DNA of 64,000 nucleotides from Paragordius varius (Eukaryota; Animalia; Nematomorpha): NCBI GenBank assembly GCA_964247055.1, contig OZ176054.1, positions 5,642,001 to 5,706,000 of the forward strand, read 5' to 3'. Shown piece by piece: positions 58,901 to 64,000 of this stretch (position 1 is its first letter; each line of letters starts with the position of its first letter). The notes under the pieces were generated by a model. It saw only the letters and a program-made list of their open reading frames with translations, ran no database searches and was not told where the DNA came from. The position numbers and the translations under genes were made by a program.

Positions 58901-61820
58901 AATTCATTTTCACGAAACAATTCTTGTTTCCCATCGACTTCATTTAGTTCTTTAAATGTTTTACTAATCGATTGACGTGCTCGTTTAAGGAAATCATTAC
59001 CATGTTTTGGCTTAACGGTCATATTTTCCGAGGATATTGATGTATCAGAAATCTCGCCTTCAATTTTTGGTTTGGTATTATCGATTGTGTTTTCAGTGGT
59101 TGGGGGGTTAATCAAATTTTTAATGCCGTGCTCTAAAGCCTTTTCTCCTTTCTTAACTGCATCTAAGGATTCGCTAAGAATATTTTTAACATTGCCTTCA
59201 TGTACGCTACCTTGTGGCATTGATATCACGTTTCCTTTAATTCTAGCAAATGAATCCTTTAGTTCGTTCAAAGAATTTCGCGTTTTTATTATGGGGTCTT
59301 TTATGATATCGCCACTATCATTAATATGGCTATCTATTTTGGATGTGAGTTGTTCAGGAGCTGTAGATGATGATTGGACATTCAAAGCTTCATTATGTTT
59401 TGGTAATAATTTATCTGATACTTTGTTTGTAAAATTTTCAACTTTATTTGCAGCACGATCAATAAAATCACCCTCAATAGATTTATCTGTGGTAGGTTTG
59501 ATAATTTTATCAGTCATTTCCTTGCATCGTTCTGAGAAATTTTCTAAAATGGGAAATCCAGTTAAAACAGTATTTACATTTTTAGAAGTTTTGGCGTTAA
59601 CCGCATCCGACATTTTATTCTCATCTTTGACATTTATCACATTATCAGTGGCAACTTTAATTTTGTGTCCAATCTCACCTATTGAGCTTCTAGTTTTTTC
59701 CACCACTTTTGTAATCGGGTTAATACCCTTCCTGCTGTTTTCATATATATATTCTTTTGACTCATCCCCTAGGCCAATTTTGTTTTTCACTTTTTCCACT
59801 TTGTGCGCAGCCATATCAATAAAATTTTCAGGTTTATGACCCGTATCATGAGGACTTATATACTTATCCACTAATCGATTAATGGGTTGGACAATGGCAG
59901 CGTCCACTCTATCTGGCAAAGTTGGAGGGGAATCATTTTTTCGGGGCAAAAGATCGGATGCATTTTGTTTCAAAGAAGTAGTATTATCGTGCACTAATTC
60001 ATCTGCGCTTTCCCCACTACTGCTAATTTTATGGAACATTTTGCTCAACGACTGTCGGGTTTTATTAAAGAATGGCTTGTTCTTTGTTGGTGAACTTTGA
60101 CCCTGTTCATGGTTGTCAACAAACTTTGAAAACGAATCAACTGGAACAGTTGGGACAGCATAAGGCTCCCTTAAAGGAGGATTAATTTTGTTTGCGATTT
60201 CATGTTGAGCTTCCTTTATGATATCTTTACTAATATATTTCCCTGCAACCTGGGCGGCACTTGCTTCATCATCCATTCTTTCACGCTCAAAGTTTGCCCT
60301 TTCAATTAATCGACCCTCTTTATATGCGACATTGTGAGTGTTATTTATATTGCCTCCTTCTTTAGCAACTACATAGGGGTTGGCAGCTCCTCCAAACAAA
60401 TTTTGTAATGATTTTCGAGCACTGTTTATTAAATTTTTATTTTTGCTTTGTTTTCCAGATGAGGGTACTACGCCATTAATTGTATTAATATCGTTGTTGC
60501 CTTTCGTTGCCATTGGATGCTTCGTTTCAAAAGCAAGGGGTAATGTATTATTTATAGGGCGTATGGTTTCTAATATTAAATAAAAAATAATGTATGATAC
60601 AATATGTTTTTTTGTTAATCCAATAATCCGTTTAATTGTTAATGCGTTGAGAAATCGGAAAATTAGCAATCTCTTATTAGGCATCCTGTAAGAAAAGATA
60701 GAATGTATAGGAAAGGTAGTGAGAGATACCAAGCGATTGAAGGTAAGATATTAATGTATAAAGAAAATATGTAAAAATGAGACGAGCTAAAAGAAGTATA
60801 GATTAGAACATGCTAAAATGTATTAGTAAGCATAGTGATAATAAAAAACTTTCAGTCCGTTCTAATCCATATGCAGCCGTGTTATCACCAGTTTGATCCA
60901 CAAATGACTTAAGTTGATCAATTTTTTGTGAGGAAGGAAGGGGTGGTCTTTTAGGTACGACTTTTTCAACGTGCGTCGCCACAACATCGGGACTCTGTCC
61001 TTTACTCCTTTCATCTACAAAACAAATTACATCAAAAATTTTACCCCTATAAATGGCTTGATCATCTAGCGTATAATCATGATAAGCTGGTTCATTTTTG
61101 TAGGGGATCGATTGTGATGAAAATTCTTTGGAATCAGTATGAGAGGTGAGTGTTTCATTACCCCCAATATGGGATGGTGATGTTTTGGAACTTTTCATGA
61201 GTGGGTAATGTTTCAAAACATGTTGTTTGTTAATTTTGGTTAAAGCGCTTTCCATATCGTCCCCTATAAAAAGTGGTGAAAAAAAGGCAAGAATAAAATC
61301 GACAACGTCAAATGTTTAATGAAATTTATATACATACATATTTTAAAGTCATCAGCACGATCACCGTGCTTATGTTTCCAGGCAATGAAAAAGGCTTTGG
61401 CTTGGTTGGTGGGATTTTTGGGATATTCATATTGTATGGTTTTTATTTCCTCATTGGTAAAATTAAAATTATTTGCTATTTTTTCCCAATCATCCTGTAA
61501 TTCTTTCGCTAAATAATCCAACAATTGGTCCTCTTTGAATACGACTTCGCGAACTACAATGAATAAAAAATGTACATTTTAGGTGATAAAATTGTTAAAT
61601 TAATTTTTAATTAATACTTACCGATTCCCAAGTCTTTTGATAAGGAATCCATGACATTTATGTTAATGTCTCCGCTCTTCAATATATCCATTAGATTTTA
61701 TTTTGATAATACAATAAAAAATATATATTATATATATACAGCTAAATAATTTGTATAACGTTGCACTGAAAAAAATAAAAACGAAAGGGTGATGAATCAA
61801 TTTCGTTGTTATTTTTATAG

Positions 61821-61876
<56 letters not shown>

Positions 61877-64000
61877 ATTATTCACTATTTGTTTTATGTA
61901 TTCTACTTTTCGCTATAATAAATAAATATAAGTTATAACGAACACAATTGGCTGTATATGTATATCACGCATTTAACCCATATATTTAAACCAAAAATAC
62001 ATAGGAAAAAAAGAAAAAAATATAGTTTTAAACCATTATTAATGTGATTGATACCGTGTTTATTACAAAATAAAAAATATAGAAGATATAAACTGCACAC
62101 ATGTGTACGTAAATGCCAAAAATGGTGTATGACTTGGATTTCAGCCATTTATTGGGGCAGATAATTTTGAAATGAAAGAAAAAATAATTATTAATGGTTA
62201 AAAGTGTGACATACTACATATATTAATATTGTTTCAGGTGTTTTTTCGTGAATATTCTCATTCATTCTATTCATATATTTATTATATTAAAAAATATTAT
62301 TTTACAGGTTAAATATAAAACAGAGAGAAGTTTACCCATTTTTTGCATTACACATTTTCCAATAATGAAATATCATAATAATTTTTAGGGTGTAATGCTA
62401 CTTTATACAGTCGGTTTTTTGACCCATTTATAAATTTAAAATAATAAATGATAGAGTATTCCGAATCTTGTGAAACTGAGATCGTCGCCTTTTTAAAATA
62501 AAATTAGGGAAAACGAAATATGTATTGTTTTTTAATAATTTAAGAGCAGTTTCAAATATTAAAGTTTAAAATAATTTTTTGGTGCTTTAAATTAAATTAG
62601 GTTTTAGCACCTTTCAAGGTTATGTTTAACTTTAATGTGAAAACAAAATTAAAACCATTCAAAAAAATTACAAAAAAAGTGTAACAAAATTTTTTCCCCA
62701 GTTATAAAAACGACAGCGACCGCATTTCAACAGTGTGTCAATTAAGGTCACATTCTATTATTACTTAAAATAATTTAATTAAATTCAAAAAAAAACTATA
62801 TTAGGCGGTAAGGTAACACTTGAGTAACGAAGTCCTATTATATATTTTTTAGGATAATTTTAAATATGTTAAAAAAACAGGAAATGATTGTAAAATTTAC
62901 TCATCGGAAAGTATGAAAGTTAAAAAATGACGTTTATATTGCCTGTTTGTAAAAGGTCTCTCTCTATATTATGTCAAAATAAAATACCTTTCTCTACATT
63001 AATATTTGTCAAAGAGGCCACTTATTAGGATAGACTTTTTTAAAGATTAACTTTGTAACGCCAAGACAACAGAGTCGCAAAACATCCTTAAGTCAATCCG
63101 CATTATACAATTTATAAAAAAATTACCGATTTTATATAATGTTGTTGGGTACAGTAATAATATCGATTTATATGGAAACGCTATTTAACTATTAAAACTA
63201 GCATAAATATCGCCCAAATATTTAGACATAAACACCATTTTAACAAAAAACATTACTTTATTTAAAATAGTTTTTTTATAACCTAGTATATATCATAAAA
63301 AGTAGTGAAATATACCTCTAAATCATTCTCCAATGTGTAATCTTCTTTGGGTAGCACAATGTTTAGCGTACAGATAGGTGTAAGAGGACCATAGGCCTCC
63401 GATAAAAACACTAACCTTCCCATAGCTTCCTGATTACCATCTTTGATACGGACTTTGAATGGGATACGGTTAAGGTGAAAAGGCATAAATGTAATGGCAA
63501 AATTGGGTGGGACCTTTTCATTATCATTACTATAGTGGGTGGTAAGGCCTGTATTGGTAGGTGGTCCAATGGATTTAGTGATAGTTACCAGATTACCAAA
63601 CAATTCCATGAATAAGGGTTTGTTTTCAATAATCTAACGATGAATAGACAGGATACATATAATTTGCTATGAAAAATAGTTGAAAAACCCTGTTAAATAT
63701 TGGAAATAATTATATTATTTCTCAATCAATAAAATTGATTATTGAGTAAAATGTTGATTCATACCTCAATGTCTTTGCTATGTGCGATTTCTGTGTAACC
63801 TTCTCTTTTCTCCAAACTTCTTTGTCCGGGTCTGTCATCATCAGTAAGGATGAAAGTTCTAACATTTGCTTCCAAGGGATTATCAACCGATCTTTTGGCA
63901 TAAACAACCATTTTCCCCATGTAAGGGACCTATAAAATTTGGGATTAATGTATAAAAAAATATTATGATTGAAGAATGAAAGATTATAAGCCCATACCTT
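52983..64000 (-). CDS. ANK: Ankyrin, 3' portion (ZU5/UPA, death domain, large alternative C-terminal exons); 5' end lies outside the window
   Basis: Exons 63765-63929 (VPYMGKMVVYAK...HSKDIE), 63316-63633 (IIENKP..FGNL..NRIPFKVRIKD..ICTLNIVLP, UPA), 61338-61553 (death domain DYLAKELQDDWEKIA), 60850-61263, then alternatives 58468-60569 or 57473-57568 / 55191-57332 / 54167-54939, plus 53781-53919 and 52983-53039. The junctions between 63316 and 61622, and into 53919, are not resolved. Confidence 0.9.
61826..61875. repeat. (TA)n microsatellite
   Basis: Long TA run in an ankyrin intron. Similar runs occur at about 26926-26952, 39251-39291 and 40420-40441. Confidence 0.95.

Noticed and set aside
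59072-60583. Plus-strand ORFs opposite ankyrin (likewise those opposite NSF, NARS2 and the Gypsy pol)
   Set aside because: They are antisense shadows of real coding sequence with no independent motifs.
1-64000. tRNA, rRNA or snRNA genes
   Set aside because: I recognised no cloverleaf, rRNA or Sm-site-bearing snRNA sequence by eye. tRNAscan-SE and Infernal would be needed to exclude divergent ones.

Overview
Very AT-rich nuclear DNA from an invertebrate animal, probably a protostome; the species cannot be determined from this window. It uses the standard genetic code. Two compact gene islands are separated by transposon-rich tracts. Island 1 (17.8-28.0 kb) holds Tob, mitochondrial Asn-tRNA ligase (NARS2), U11/U12 35K (SNRNP35), a small secreted eclosion-hormone-like peptide and WIP/verprolin. 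Island 2 (43.1-64 kb) holds NSF, Ku70, argininosuccinate synthase and the 3' half of an ankyrin with large alternative C-terminal exons. Hand-built, frame-checked gene models need 13 GT-AG introns of only 22-30 nt, alongside introns of 57 nt to 2 kb. Divergent gene pairs have start codons only 31 and 41 bp apart. The accessory regions contain a young capsid-less Mag-type Ty3/Gypsy element plus a decayed copy, a Penelope fragment forming a 437-bp inverted repeat, a hAT element inserted into a coding exon and carrying a satellite monomer, self-nested TTAA (piggyBac-like) MITEs, hAT-Charlie MITEs, foldback MITEs, an RTE-type LINE fragment and tandem satellites. I recognised no rRNA, tRNA or CRISPR features. 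All identifications come from reading the sequence and recalling family motifs; no database search was run.
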